A DNA stretch of 24,592 nucleotides from Armatimonadota bacterium (GCA_037440005.1 JBBIUY010000040.1:1-24592), one strand, 5' to 3'; numbered from the stretch's first letter, positions 1 through 10,669 are shown. Notes: generated by a model not told the origin, from the letters alone. Made by a program: numbers and translations.

Positions 1-49
1 GTACCACGCGCCCCGTCCGTCCTGCCGGACCGCCCGACCGGGACCCCTT

Positions 50-388
50 CTAGCGGACCAGCAGGGCGCTGAGGGTCATGCTGATCAGGGAGATCGCCAC
101 CGCACCCGCCAGCGCCCACCAGAAGCTGGTCACCTCCAGGGGAGTCAGCAGGGCCACCAGGGACAGCATCAGCGCGTTCACCACCAGGGTGAACAGGCCC
201 AGGGTGAGGATGGTGAGGGGCAGGGTGAGGACCAGGACCAGGGGGCGGATGACGGCGTTGACCACCCCGAGCACCAGCGCCGCCACCACGGCGGCGCCCA
301 CGCCGGGCACCCGCACGCCCGGCAGCAGCAGCGCCGTCAGGTAGATGGCCGCCGCATTCACCGCCCACCGCAGCACGAACCCCGCCAC
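50..388 (-). CDS. Phage holin family (YvlD-like) small membrane protein
   Basis: 112 aa with four hydrophobic segments and the family-typical 'LGVVNAVIRPLVLVLTLPLTILTLGLFTLVVNAL' stretch; GGAGG upstream of the GTG start; last gene of the icd-sucD unit in this window. Confidence 0.8.
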   Translation of the reverse strand: MAGFVLRWAVNAAAIYLTALLLPGVRVPGVGAAVVAALVLGVVNAVIRPLVLVLTLPLTILTLGLFTLVVNALMLSLVALLTPLEVTSFWWALAGAVAISLISMTLSALLVR

Positions 389-403
389 GGCAGGTCCGGC
401 CTC

Positions 404-1273
404 CTACAGGCGGGCGGCCACCAGGTCGGCCACGCCGGTGGGCAGGGGCGCGACGTGCACCCCGGCCGCCTGGAGGACCTCCACCTTGCCGGCCGCCGTG
501 CCGGCGGTCCCGGAGATGACGGCACCGGCGTGCCCCATGCGCTTGCCCGGGGGCGCGGTGCGGCCGGCCACGTACGCCACCACCGGTTTGGAGATTCCGC
601 CGGACCGGATGAAGGCGGCCGCCTCCTCTTCGGCGCTGCCCCCGATCTCCCCGATGAGCACCACGATCTGCGTCTCGGGGTCGTCCTGGAAGAGCTGGAG
701 GGCCTCGGTGAAGGTCATCCCCACCACCGGGTCGCCCCCCAGGCCCACGGCGGTGCTCTGCCCGATCCCGCGCCGGGTCAGGGCGGCCACGATCTCGTAG
801 GTGAGGGTGCCGCTCCGCGACACCACCCCCACCGGACCCGGGAGAAACAGGGTGTTGGGCATGATCCCGATCTTGCACCGGCCCGGGGCCGCCAGGCCCG
901 GGCCGTTGGGCCCCACCACCCGCACGCCCCGCCGGCGCGCCTGGTCCACGACCTGGATGGCATCGTGCACCGGAATGCCCTCGGTGATGATGACCACCGG
1001 GTCCATCCCCACCTCGATGGCTTCCAGGGCGGCCTCGCGGGCGAACCGGGCGGGGACGAACAGGCAGGCGGCGTTTCCTCCGGTGGCCCGCACGGCCTCG
1101 TCCCCCGTCTCGAACACGGGGACCCCGTGGACCGTCCGGCCGCCCTTGCCGGGGGTCACGCCCGCCACGATCCGGGTCCCGAACTCCAGCATCCGGGCCG
1201 TGTGGAACTCCCCCTGGTAGCCGGTGATCCCCCACACCACCACCCGCGTGTCGGCCGACACCAGAATGCCCAC
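404..1273 (-). CDS. sucD: Succinyl-CoA ligase alpha subunit
   Basis: 289 aa; GVTPGKGG, ITEGIP, GPNGPG, VVSRSGTLTYE, GLGGDP, LIGEIGG and the phospho-His motif RMGHAGA. Confidence 0.97.
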   Translation of the reverse strand: MGILVSADTRVVVWGITGYQGEFHTARMLEFGTRIVAGVTPGKGGRTVHGVPVFETGDEAVRATGGNAACLFVPARFAREAALEAIEVGMDPVVIITEGIPVHDAIQVVDQARRRGVRVVGPNGPGLAAPGRCKIGIMPNTLFLPGPVGVVSRSGTLTYEIVAALTRRGIGQSTAVGLGGDPVVGMTFTEALQLFQDDPETQIVVLIGEIGGSAEEEAAAFIRSGGISKPVVAYVAGRTAPPGKRMGHAGAVISGTAGTAAGKVEVLQAAGVHVAPLPTGVADLVAARL

Positions 1274-1310
1274 CTCTGTGACTCCCTCCGTTCCGCGGGC
1301 GTCCTGCCTG

Positions 1311-2183
1311 TCAGGGACGCCCGACCGCCACCGCCAGGACCGGCGTCCCCTGCCAGTCCGCGGGCACCGCCAGACCCAGCGCCGCCACCACCGTGGCCGC
1401 CGTGTCGTAGGTGACCACCGCCCGCTGCAACGGCCCGGGGGCGACGGCGCCCCAGGCCACCCAGGGAATCGTCACGTCCCGGGGGTCGGCGCTGCCGTGG
1501 GTGCGCCCGTGGCCGCCGTGGTCGGCGGTGAGAATCAGCAGGTAGGGGGCACCCAGGCGCCCCAGCGCCTCCCGCAGCACCTGCACGGTCTCGGGCAGCC
1601 GGGCGATCGCCTGCCGGTAGGGCTCGGACATCCAGCCGCTGCGGTGTCCGGCGTCGTCGGGATCGGCCACGTGGACGAACAGCAGGTGCGGGCGCGCGCG
1701 CTCCAGGTGGGCCGCGGCCTGGCGGGCGACGGCGATCTGGTCAAAGCGCGGAAAGGGCAGCACCCCCGCGTGGCTTACCGCCGGGGGAGGCAGCAGGAAC
1801 TGCAGTTTGGCCTTGGCCACAAAGGCCGCGGTCGCCATCCCCGCGCCGGCCACCACCGAGAACACCGTGGGCCTGTCGATGTAGCCCTGCCCCGGCGCCC
1901 AGGCGTTAAAACGGACCCCGTGGACAGCGGGTCCCACCCCCGTCAGCATCGAGGTGTGGGAGGGAAGGGTGGTACTGGGCAGCGTGGTGCGCGCCGACCA
2001 GGTGTAGGCGGCGTCGGCCAGCAGGTCCGCAGGCCAGGCGGCGGCCACGGCGTCAGCCCGGGCGCCGTCGGCGCTGAGGACCACCACGTGACGGACCGCG
2101 GGCGCCGCCGCGGTCGCCGGCAGGCCCGGGGCGGCCAGGACCGCCGCCGCCAGCAGCGCCAGAGCCCGGGCGGCCCCCCTCAT
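1311..2183 (-). CDS. Secreted alkaline phosphatase superfamily / nucleotide pyrophosphatase-phosphodiesterase-like protein
   Basis: Start reassigned to ATG 2183 (ATGA overlap with the sucC stop). Signal-peptide-like N-terminus MRGAARALALLAAAVLAAPG; motifs VVVLSADGAR, STTLPSHTSMLTG (Thr nucleophile region), DPDDAGH, LTADHGG..H. Confidence 0.85.
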   Translation of the reverse strand: MRGAARALALLAAAVLAAPGLPATAAAPAVRHVVVLSADGARADAVAAAWPADLLADAAYTWSARTTLPSTTLPSHTSMLTGVGPAVHGVRFNAWAPGQGYIDRPTVFSVVAGAGMATAAFVAKAKLQFLLPPPAVSHAGVLPFPRFDQIAVARQAAAHLERARPHLLFVHVADPDDAGHRSGWMSEPYRQAIARLPETVQVLREALGRLGAPYLLILTADHGGHGRTHGSADPRDVTIPWVAWGAVAPGPLQRAVVTYDTAATVVAALGLAVPADWQGTPVLAVAVGRP

Positions 2184-3286
2184 CGCCGGGCGGCCAGGGC
2201 CACCGCCTGCCGGGCGGCCTCGTCGGGATTCACGAAGGCGTGGATGCCAGCCTGGCGCAGGATCTGCCGGCCCTCCTCCTCGTTGGTCCCGGTCAGGCGC
2301 ACCACCATGGGCACCGGAGGAGGGGCGCTCACGATGCCGCGGGCGATGTCGTCGCAGCGGGTGATGCCCCCGAAGATGTTCACGAACAGCACCCGCACCC
2401 CCGGCTTGCGCAGCGCGATGTCGATGGCCTGCCGCATGTTCTCGGTGGTGGCTCCGCCCCCCACGTCCAGGAAGTTGGCCGGCCGCCCCCCGAAGTGGGC
2501 CACCATGTCCAGGGTGGCCATGACCAGCCCCGCGCCGTTGCCGATGATGGCGATGTCCCCGTCCAGTTCCACGTAGGACAGGCCCGCCGCGCGGGCCCGG
2601 CGCTCCAGGTCCGTCAGCTCCTCGCCCGCCGGCAGGTCCGGGTGGCGGAAGAGGGCGTTGTCGTCCACCACCACCTTGGCGTCCACGGCCAGCAGGTGGC
2701 CGTCCACCACCGCCAGGGGGTTGATCTCGGCCAGCTCGGCGTCCTGCTCGGCGCACAGCCGGTACAGGGCGGTGGCCACGGCGGCAAACTCCCCCAGCAG
2801 CGCGCCGCCCAGGCCGATGGCCCGGCCCAGCCGCCGGGCGTGGTAGGGCAAAAAGCCCGGCCAGGGATCCACCACCAGCCGCGCGATCCTGTCGGGGGAC
2901 GTCCGGGCCACCTCCTCGATGTCCACCCCGCCCGCCGCCGAGGCCACGGCCGTCAGCCGGCGGGCCGAGCGGTCCACGGTGAACGCCAGGTAGTACTCGG
3001 CGGCGATCTCCACCGCCTCGGCCACCAGCAGCCGGCGGACCCGCTCGCCGCGGATCTCCATCCCCAGCAGGGCCTCCGCCAGGGCGGCCGCCTCCTGGGG
3101 GGTGGATGCCAGGCGGATGCCGCCCGCCTTGCCCCGCCCCCCCACGAGGACCTGAGCCTTCAGCACCACGGGGTAACGCAGGTCCAGGGAGGCGATCTGG
3201 TCGGAGCGCTCGACCACCGCGCCCCGCTGGACGGGGATGCCGTAGTGCGCGAACAGCTCTTTGGCCTGGAACTCGTGGAGCTTCAC
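2180..3286 (-). CDS. sucC: Succinyl-CoA ligase beta subunit
   Basis: 368 aa; MKLHEFQAKELF, KAQVLVGGRGKAGGI, EINPL, DDNALFRH, GNGAGLVMATLD, PANFLDVGGG, NIFGGITRCD. Confidence 0.97.
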   Translation of the reverse strand: MKLHEFQAKELFAHYGIPVQRGAVVERSDQIASLDLRYPVVLKAQVLVGGRGKAGGIRLASTPQEAAALAEALLGMEIRGERVRRLLVAEAVEIAAEYYLAFTVDRSARRLTAVASAAGGVDIEEVARTSPDRIARLVVDPWPGFLPYHARRLGRAIGLGGALLGEFAAVATALYRLCAEQDAELAEINPLAVVDGHLLAVDAKVVVDDNALFRHPDLPAGEELTDLERRARAAGLSYVELDGDIAIIGNGAGLVMATLDMVAHFGGRPANFLDVGGGATTENMRQAIDIALRKPGVRVLFVNIFGGITRCDDIARGIVSAPPPVPMVVRLTGTNEEEGRQILRQAGIHAFVNPDEAARQAVALAARR

Positions 3287-3288
3287 GC

Positions 3289-4218
3289 TTACAGCTTCAG
3301 CGCGCCCAGCATCTCCCGCACCGCGGCCACCGACGCCGCAAAGGCCGCCCGCTCCTGGGCGTCCAGGGGGAGTTCGATGATGCGTTCGGCCCCGCCGGCC
3401 CCCAGGACCACCGGCACGCCGATGCAGACGTCGCGCTCCCCGTATTCGCCGTCCAGGTACACGCTGGCGGGGAGCAGGCGCTTTTTGTCCCGCAGCAGGG
3501 CCTCCACCATCTGGGCGATGGCGGCCCCCGGGGCGAAGAAGGCGCTGGTCCCCATCAGTTCGGTGATCTCGGCCCCTCCCCGCCGGGTGCGGGCCACCAC
3601 GGCCTGGATGCGCTCGGCCGGCAGGAGGTGGTGCAGGGGCACGCCCCCCACGTGGGCGAACCGCGGAAGCGGCACCATGTCTTTGTCGGTGTGGGCCCCG
3701 ATGACCATGGCGTGCACGTCCTCCACCGACACCCCCACCTCCTGGGCGATGAAGGTGCGGAAGCGGGTGGAGTCCAGCGCCCCCGACTGGCCGACGACCC
3801 GGTGCCGGGGGAAGCCGGAGACCTTGTAGGTGAGGTAGGTCATGGCGTCCAGGGGATTGGTGACCACCAGCAGAAACGCCTGGGGGGAGTACCGCACCAC
3901 CTGCTCCACCACGCCGCGCACGATACCGGCGTTGGTGTCCAGCAGCTGCTCCCGGGTCATCCCCGGCCGGCGGGCCACCCCGGCGACGATGACGACCACC
4001 TGGGAGCCGGCGGTCTCCTCGTAGCCGTTGCTGCCCACCACCTGGAGGTCCACGCCCCGGATGGGCAGGGCCTGGGCCAGGTCCAGGGCTTTGCCCTGGG
4101 GCATCTTCTCGATGATGTCCACCAGCACCAGGTCGGCCAGTTCCTCGGCCGCCAGCCAGTGGGCGGCGGTGTGGCCCACCATGCCCGCTCCCACGATCGA
4201 CACCTTCGGCCGCGCCAC
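3289..4218 (-). CDS. mdh: Malate dehydrogenase (LDH-like)
   Basis: Start placed at GTG 4218 (VARPKVSIVGAGMVG, Rossmann fold). AGVARRPGMTR carries Arg at the specificity position, indicating MDH rather than LDH; VTNPLDAM and LDSTRF present; TCA-operon context. Confidence 0.92.
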   Translation of the reverse strand: MARPKVSIVGAGMVGHTAAHWLAAEELADLVLVDIIEKMPQGKALDLAQALPIRGVDLQVVGSNGYEETAGSQVVVIVAGVARRPGMTREQLLDTNAGIVRGVVEQVVRYSPQAFLLVVTNPLDAMTYLTYKVSGFPRHRVVGQSGALDSTRFRTFIAQEVGVSVEDVHAMVIGAHTDKDMVPLPRFAHVGGVPLHHLLPAERIQAVVARTRRGGAEITELMGTSAFFAPGAAIAQMVEALLRDKKRLLPASVYLDGEYGERDVCIGVPVVLGAGGAERIIELPLDAQERAAFAASVAAVREMLGALKL

Positions 4219-4242
4219 GGTCTCACACCCCCCGGCCCGCGC

Positions 4243-4298
4243 TCCACCGCTCCAACGTTTCAACGCTCCGACGTTTCAACGTTCGAACGTTCCACCGT
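4243..4298. repeat. Degenerate 8-bp tandem repeat, consensus TCCAACGT, 7 units
   Basis: Units tccaccgc/tccaacgt/ttcaacgc/tccgacgt/ttcaacgt/tcgaacgt/tccaccgt fill most of the icd-mdh intergenic spacer. Confidence 0.9.
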
Positions 4299-4301
4299 CC
4301 G

Positions 4302-5546
4302 TCAGCCCAGATGGTCGATCACCGCGCTGGCGAACTCGCTGGTCCGCACCTCCCGGGCGCCGTCCATCAGCCGCGCCAGGTCATAGGTCACGATCTTCTT
4401 GCGGAAGGTCGCCTCCAGGGCCCGCACGATCCGTTGGGCCGCCTCGGTCCACCCCAGGTACTCCAGCATCATCACCCCCGACAGGGTCACCGAGGTGGGA
4501 TTCACCTTGTCCAGGTTGGCGTACTTGGGAGCGGTGCCATGGGTGGCCTCGAAGACGGCGTGCACGTCCCCGATGTTGCCGCCGGGGGCCATGCCGATGC
4601 CCCCCACCTGGGCCGCCGCCGCGTCGGAGAGGTAGTCGCCGTTGAGGTTCCCGGTGGCGATCACGTCGAAGTCCTGGGGGCGGGTCAGCAGGTGCTGGAA
4701 CGTCACGTCGGCGATGAAGTCCTGGATCAGCAGCCGCCCCGGGGGCACCTGGCCGCCGTGCCGCTGGACCTCCTCCCAGGTGATGGTGACGTCGCCGAAC
4801 TCCTCCTGGGCCACCTGATACCCCCATTCCCGGAAGGCCCCCTCGGTGTACTTCATGATGTTCCCCTTGTGGACCAGGGTGACGCTGCGCCGGCCCCGCT
4901 CCAGGGCGTAGCGGATGGCCTTGCGCACCAGCCGTTTGGTGCCGAAGGGGCTCATGGGCTTCAGCCCGATGCCCGAGTCCTCCCGGACCTGCCACCCGAA
5001 TTCACGCCGGACGAACTCGATCAGCCGCCGCGCCTCGGGGGACTGGCTGGGGTGCTCCAGCCCCACGTAGATGTCCTCGGTGTTCTCCCGGAAGATGACC
5101 ACGTCGAGCCGCTCGGGATGGCGCACCGGGCTGGGCACGCCCTCAAACCAGCGCACGGGGCGCACGCAGGCGTACAGGTCCAGCAGCTGCCGCAGGGCCA
5201 CGTTGAGGCTGCGGAACCCGCCGCCCACCGGCGTGGTGAGGGGGCCCTTGATGCCCACCACGTAGTGCTGGAAGGCCCGCAGGGTGTCCTCGGGCAGCCA
5301 GGTCCCAAAACGGTGGTAGGCCTTCTCGCCGGCGAAGACCTCAAACCAGACGATCCGCCTCCGGGAGCCGTAGGCCGCCTGCACGGCGGCGTCGAAAATC
5401 CGCCGGGCGGCCCGCCAGATGTCCGGGCCGGTGCCGTCGCCTTCGATGAACGGGATGATGGGCTGGTTAGGCACCACCAGCCGGCCGTCGCGGATCTCGA
5501 TGCGCTGGCCCTCGGCGGGAGGGGTGAGCGTCTCCAGCACCGACAT
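4302..5546 (-). CDS. icd: NADP-dependent isocitrate dehydrogenase (E. coli-type homodimer)
   Basis: 414 aa; [71 protein letters not shown] and VTYDLAR carry the NADP-type residues. Confidence 0.97.
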   Translation of the reverse strand: MSVLETLTPPAEGQRIEIRDGRLVVPNQPIIPFIEGDGTGPDIWRAARRIFDAAVQAAYGSRRRIVWFEVFAGEKAYHRFGTWLPEDTLRAFQHYVVGIKGPLTTPVGGGFRSLNVALRQLLDLYACVRPVRWFEGVPSPVRHPERLDVVIFRENTEDIYVGLEHPSQSPEARRLIEFVRREFGWQVREDSGIGLKPMSPFGTKRLVRKAIRYALERGRRSVTLVHKGNIMKYTEGAFREWGYQVAQEEFGDVTITWEEVQRHGGQVPPGRLLIQDFIADVTFQHLLTRPQDFDVIATGNLNGDYLSDAAAAQVGGIGMAPGGNIGDVHAVFEATHGTAPKYANLDKVNPTSVTLSGVMMLEYLGWTEAAQRIVRALEATFRKKIVTYDLARLMDGAREVRTSEFASAVIDHLG

Positions 5547-5600
5547 GACAGATCCTCCGCGCGCCCGCGGGAGGCCCCGCGGGCAGTTGAGACCGCGATC

Positions 5601-5629
5601 AGTGTAACGCAGGCGCGAAACGGAGGGAA
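5601..5629 (-). promoter_or_regulatory. Putative sigma70-type promoter for the icd operon
   Basis: Minus strand: TTCCCT (5629-5624), 17 nt, TACACT (5606-5601), about 55 nt upstream of the icd ATG. The -35 match is weak. Confidence 0.45.
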
Positions 5630-5651
5630 GAAGGAAGAGGGAAGAGGGAAG
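5624..5651. repeat. 7-bp purine tandem repeat A(G/A)GGAAG x4
   Basis: agggaag/aaggaag/agggaag/agggaag inside an all-purine run at 5622-5658. Confidence 0.75.
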
Positions 5652-5720
5652 AAGGGGGCGCCGGATCGTGCGGAGCGCGCAGTTCGATCAGGGGGTGGCA
5701 CCGGCGCCGGCTGCGGGCGG

Positions 5721-5749
5721 TTGACTCCCGTGCCGCGGCGGGGTACCCT
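5721..5749 (+). promoter_or_regulatory. sigma70-type promoter for the gntR-fumC-sdh operon
   Basis: TTGACT (5721-5726), 17 nt, TACCCT (5744-5749). Confidence 0.7.
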
Positions 5750-5754
5750 GGGAT

Positions 5755-5781
5755 CGGACTGCTGGTCAGACCAGCAGTCCG
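5755..5781. promoter_or_regulatory. FadR-subfamily GntR operator (perfect palindrome)
   Basis: CGGACTGCTGGTC-A-GACCAGCAGTCCG has perfect 13-bp arms. The core TGGTCAGACCA matches the FadR/PdhR/LldR-type box. It lies at the predicted +1, 4 nt before the regulator ATG. Confidence 0.8.
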
Positions 5782-5785
5782 CCCG

Positions 5786-6520
5786 ATGGCCGCTCCCGGA
5801 CGCCTGTTCCAGCCGATCCGCCGCAGCCGGATCTACGAGGACGTGGTCCGCCAGATCCAGGATCTCATCGCCTCCCAGCACCTGTCCCCGGGGGACCGGC
5901 TGCCCGGCGAGCGGGAGCTGTCCGAGCGGCTGTCGGTCAGCCGCCAGTCGGTGCGGGAGGGCCTGCGGGTCCTGGACTACCTGGGCGTGGTGGAGGTGCG
6001 GCCCGGGGAGGGGACGTTCGTGGCGGCCGCGCCGCCCGCCCCCATCGATCCCGCCGTCTACAGCCTGCTGTCCGAACGCACCTTCCTGCTGGACGTCCTG
6101 GAGGCCCGGGCCATCGTGGAGGAAGGCATCGTGACCCTGGCGACCTCCCGGGCCACCCGGGAGGACCTGGACGGTCTGGAGGCGCTGCTCCAGGCCCGGG
6201 AGCGCGACCTGGCCGCCGGCCGGCGCGACGTGGCCGGGGACCTGGCCTTCCACGCCCAGCTGGCGGACGCCACCGGCAACCCGGTCCTGGTCAGCCTCAT
6301 GCGCCACCTCAACGAGATGTGGCTGCGGTCGCGGGAGAAGACCGGCCGGCGCCAGAGCAGCCCCCAGCGGGCCCTGCAGTTCCACCGGGCCATCCTGCGG
6401 GCGGTGCGCCGCCGCCAGCCCGCGGCGGCCCGGCGGGCGCTGCGGGCGCACCTACTGGACATGCGGGCCGACATTGAGGAGCGCAGCGTGCGGCTGCGCC
6501 AGATCCGGCGCGGGAGGTGA
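5786..6520 (+). CDS. FadR/GntR family transcriptional regulator
   Basis: N-terminal wHTH 'LSPGDRLPGERELSERLSVSRQSVREGL...RPGEGTFV'; FCD domain 'DLAFHAQLADATGNPVL...FHRAIL...HL'. Confidence 0.93.
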   Translation: MAAPGRLFQPIRRSRIYEDVVRQIQDLIASQHLSPGDRLPGERELSERLSVSRQSVREGLRVLDYLGVVEVRPGEGTFVAAAPPAPIDPAVYSLLSERTFLLDVLEARAIVEEGIVTLATSRATREDLDGLEALLQARERDLAAGRRDVAGDLAFHAQLADATGNPVLVSLMRHLNEMWLRSREKTGRRQSSPQRALQFHRAILRAVRRRQPAAARRALRAHLLDMRADIEERSVRLRQIRRGR

Positions 6521-6525
6521 TGGTG

Positions 6526-8028
<1,503 letters not shown>

Positions 8029-8066
8029 CGGACGGCGAGACCGAGGACCGTGCACGAGGAGGCGGG

Positions 8067-8864
8067 ATGAGCCGACACGGGCTGTGGGACGAGCGGGGGG
8101 CCCTGGGGGCGCCGGCCGCACCGTGGGTGGCCGCCACCCTGCGCCGCGACCCCTGGTGGAGGGAAGTGGTCCTGACCCTGGCGGCCCTGGGGGCGTTCGT
8201 CGCCTACGCCACCTGGCGCGCCCTGATGAACGCCCACTACTACGCGCCGCCGTACATCTCGCCGTTTTACTCGCCCTGCGTGGCCGAGGCGTGCGCCCAC
8301 GCCACCGTCCGGTGGATCGGCGGGTGGTGGCGGTTCACGCCGGCCCTGCTGGTCCTGTGGGTGCCCCTGGGGTTCCGGGTGACCTGCTACTACGCCCGGC
8401 GGGTGTACTACCGGGCGGTGTTCTGGTCGCCGCCGGCCTGCGCGGTGCGCGACCGCCCGGCGGTCTACACCGGGGAGACACGCTTCCCCTGGATCCTGCA
8501 GAACCTGCACCGCTACTTCTTCTGGCTCATCCTGCCCATCGTGGCCGTCCACTGGTGGGACGTGGCGGTGGCCTTCCGGTTCCCCGACGGGATCGGGGTG
8601 GGCGTGGGCTCCCTGGTCATCCTGGCCGACGCCACCCTGCTGACCCTGTACACCTTCTCCTGCCACGCCTGCCGCCACCTGTGCGGCGGCCACGTGGACG
8701 CCTTCAGCCGCGCGCCGGCGCGGGCGCGGCTGTGGCGGGCCGTCAGCCGGCTCAACCCCTACCACGGGCTGTTCTTCTGGCTGGCCCTGGGGATGGTGGC
8801 GCTGGCGGACCTGTACGTCTACCTGCTGTCGGCGGGCGTGCTGGCGGACGTGAGGATCCTGTGA
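8067..8864 (+). CDS. Succinate dehydrogenase membrane anchor, mycobacterial Sdh1 (Rv0249c-like) type
   Basis: ATG 8067 after GGAGG; 265 aa with multiple TM segments; motifs ISPFYSP, FRVTCYYARRVYYR, YTGETRFP..LQNLHRY, TFSCHACRHLCGG, NPYHG; TGATG-coupled to sdhA. Confidence 0.85.
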   Translation: MSRHGLWDERGALGAPAAPWVAATLRRDPWWREVVLTLAALGAFVAYATWRALMNAHYYAPPYISPFYSPCVAEACAHATVRWIGGWWRFTPALLVLWVPLGFRVTCYYARRVYYRAVFWSPPACAVRDRPAVYTGETRFPWILQNLHRYFFWLILPIVAVHWWDVAVAFRFPDGIGVGVGSLVILADATLLTLYTFSCHACRHLCGGHVDAFSRAPARARLWRAVSRLNPYHGLFFWLALGMVALADLYVYLLSAGVLADVRIL

Positions 8865-10669
8865 TGGGACGCGAGACCTACCAGACCCACGACTACGACG
8901 TGGTGGTGGTGGGCGCCGGCGGGGCCGGACTGCGGGCGGCCATCGAGGCGGCCCGTCAGGGCGCCCGCACGGCGCTGGTGTGCAAGTCGCTGCTGGGCAA
9001 GGCCCACACGGTGATGGCCGAAGGCGGCGCCGCCGCCGCCCTGGGCAACGTGTGGCCCGAGGACAACTGGCGGGTGCACTTCCGGGACACCATGCGCGGC
9101 GGCAAGCTGCTCAACAACTGGCGCATGGTGGAGATCTTCGCCAAGGAGGCCCCCGAGCGGATCCTGGAGCTGGAGGAGTGGGGCGCGGTCTTCGACCGCA
9201 CCCCCGAGGGGCTGATCTCCCAGCGGGACTTCGGCGGCCACCGCTACGCCCGCCTGTGCCACGTGGGCGACCGGACGGGGCTGGAGATCATCCGCACCCT
9301 GCAGTACAAACTGCTGTCCCTGCCATCGGCGGACGTCTTCATGGAGTGCACCGTCACCCGGCTGCTCACCGACGCCGGACGCATCGCCGGAGCCTTCGGC
9401 TACCGCCGGGACACGGGCGAGTTCCTCGTCTGGCGGGCGCCCGCCGTGGTCCTGGCCACCGGGGGGTTCGGCAAGGTGTGGAAGTACACGTCCATGTCCT
9501 GGGAGAGCACCGGCGACGGCATCGCCCTGGCCCTGGACGCCGGCGCCGAACTGCTGGACATGGAGATGGTGCAGTTCCACCCCACCGGGATGGTGTGGCC
9601 GCCCGGCGCCCGGGGGATCCTGGTCACCGAGGGCGTCCGCGGGGACGGCGGGGTGCTGCGCAACGCCCTGGGGCGCCGGTTCATGTTCGACTACATCCCC
9701 GAGTTCTTCCGGGCCGAGACGGCCGAGACCGAAGAGGAGGCCGACCGGTGGTACACCGACAAGAAGAACAACCGCCGGCCCCCCGAGCTGCTGCCCCGGG
9801 ACGAGGTCACCCGCGCCATCTACCACGAGGTGAAGGCGGGACGGGGCACCCCCCACGGCGGCGTGTACCTGGACATCGCCAGCCGCCGCCCCGCCGACTA
9901 CATCAAGCGGCGTCTGCCCTCCATGTACCACCAGTTCCTGGAGCTGGCCGGGGTGGACATCACCCGCCAGCCCATGGAGGTCTACCCCACCTGCCATTAC
10001 GCCATGGGGGGCGTGCGCGTGGACGCCGAGACGGCGGCGGCCACGGTCCCCGGGCTGTTCGCCGCCGGGGAGGTCGCCGGCGGCCTGCACGGGGCCAACC
10101 GGCTGGGGGGCAACTCGCTCACCGACCTGCTGGTCTTCGGGCGGCGCGCCGGACTGTACGCCGCCCGCCACGCCGGCACCCCCGGCAGCGCGCCCACCGT
10201 CAGCCGGGACCAGGTGGAGGATGCGGCCGCCGAGGCCCTCCGGCCCTTTGCCTCCCGCGGCGAGGAGAGGCCCTTTGACCTGCAGGCGGCCCTGCAGGAG
10301 GTCATGCAGGAGCGGGTGGGCATCTTCCGGGACGAGGAGGGCATGCGGCGGGCCCTGGAGGAGATCGCCGCGCTGCGGGAGCGGGCCGCCCGGGTGCGGG
10401 TGGTCGGCGACCGCCAGTACAACCCCGGCTGGCATGCAGCCCTGGACACGTTCTCGATGCTGGCGGTGGCCGAGGCGGTCACCCGCTCGGCCCTGGAGCG
10501 GCGGGAGACCCGGGGCGGCCACAGCCGCACCGACTACCCCCAGGCCGACCCCGAGCTGGGCCGGGTGAACATCGTGGTGGCCAAGCGCAACGGGGTGCTG
10601 GTCCTGCGCCGCGAGCCCATCCCCCCCATGCCCGACGAGCTGCGGGCGATCCTGGAGGAGACCCGATGA
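8864..10669 (+). CDS. sdhA: Succinate dehydrogenase/fumarate reductase flavoprotein subunit
   Basis: Start ATG 8864 (601 aa). VVGAGGAG, KAHTVMAEGG (covalent FAD His), QFHPTG, TEGVRGDGG, PRD, HYAMGG, LHGANRLGGNSL, ETRGGH. Confidence 0.95.
   Translation: MGRETYQTHDYDVVVVGAGGAGLRAAIEAARQGARTALVCKSLLGKAHTVMAEGGAAAALGNVWPEDNWRVHFRDTMRGGKLLNNWRMVEIFAKEAPERILELEEWGAVFDRTPEGLISQRDFGGHRYARLCHVGDRTGLEIIRTLQYKLLSLPSADVFMECTVTRLLTDAGRIAGAFGYRRDTGEFLVWRAPAVVLATGGFGKVWKYTSMSWESTGDGIALALDAGAELLDMEMVQFHPTGMVWPPGARGILVTEGVRGDGGVLRNALGRRFMFDYIPEFFRAETAETEEEADRWYTDKKNNRRPPELLPRDEVTRAIYHEVKAGRGTPHGGVYLDIASRRPADYIKRRLPSMYHQFLELAGVDITRQPMEVYPTCHYAMGGVRVDAETAAATVPGLFAAGEVAGGLHGANRLGGNSLTDLLVFGRRAGLYAARHAGTPGSAPTVSRDQVEDAAAEALRPFASRGEERPFDLQAALQEVMQERVGIFRDEEGMRRALEEIAALRERAARVRVVGDRQYNPGWHAALDTFSMLAVAEAVTRSALERRETRGGHSRTDYPQADPELGRVNIVVAKRNGVLVLRREPIPPMPDELRAILEETR

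Noticed and set aside
50..388. Holin-like gene (and the DnaB-like gene) as evidence of a prophage
   Set aside because: YvlD-like membrane proteins are common chromosomal genes, and the window has no integrase, structural or lysin genes.
4219..4263. N-terminal extension of Mdh given by the ORF track (start 4263)
   Set aside because: It starts inside the 8-mer array; GTG 4218 has a G-rich RBS and gives a normal-length MDH.
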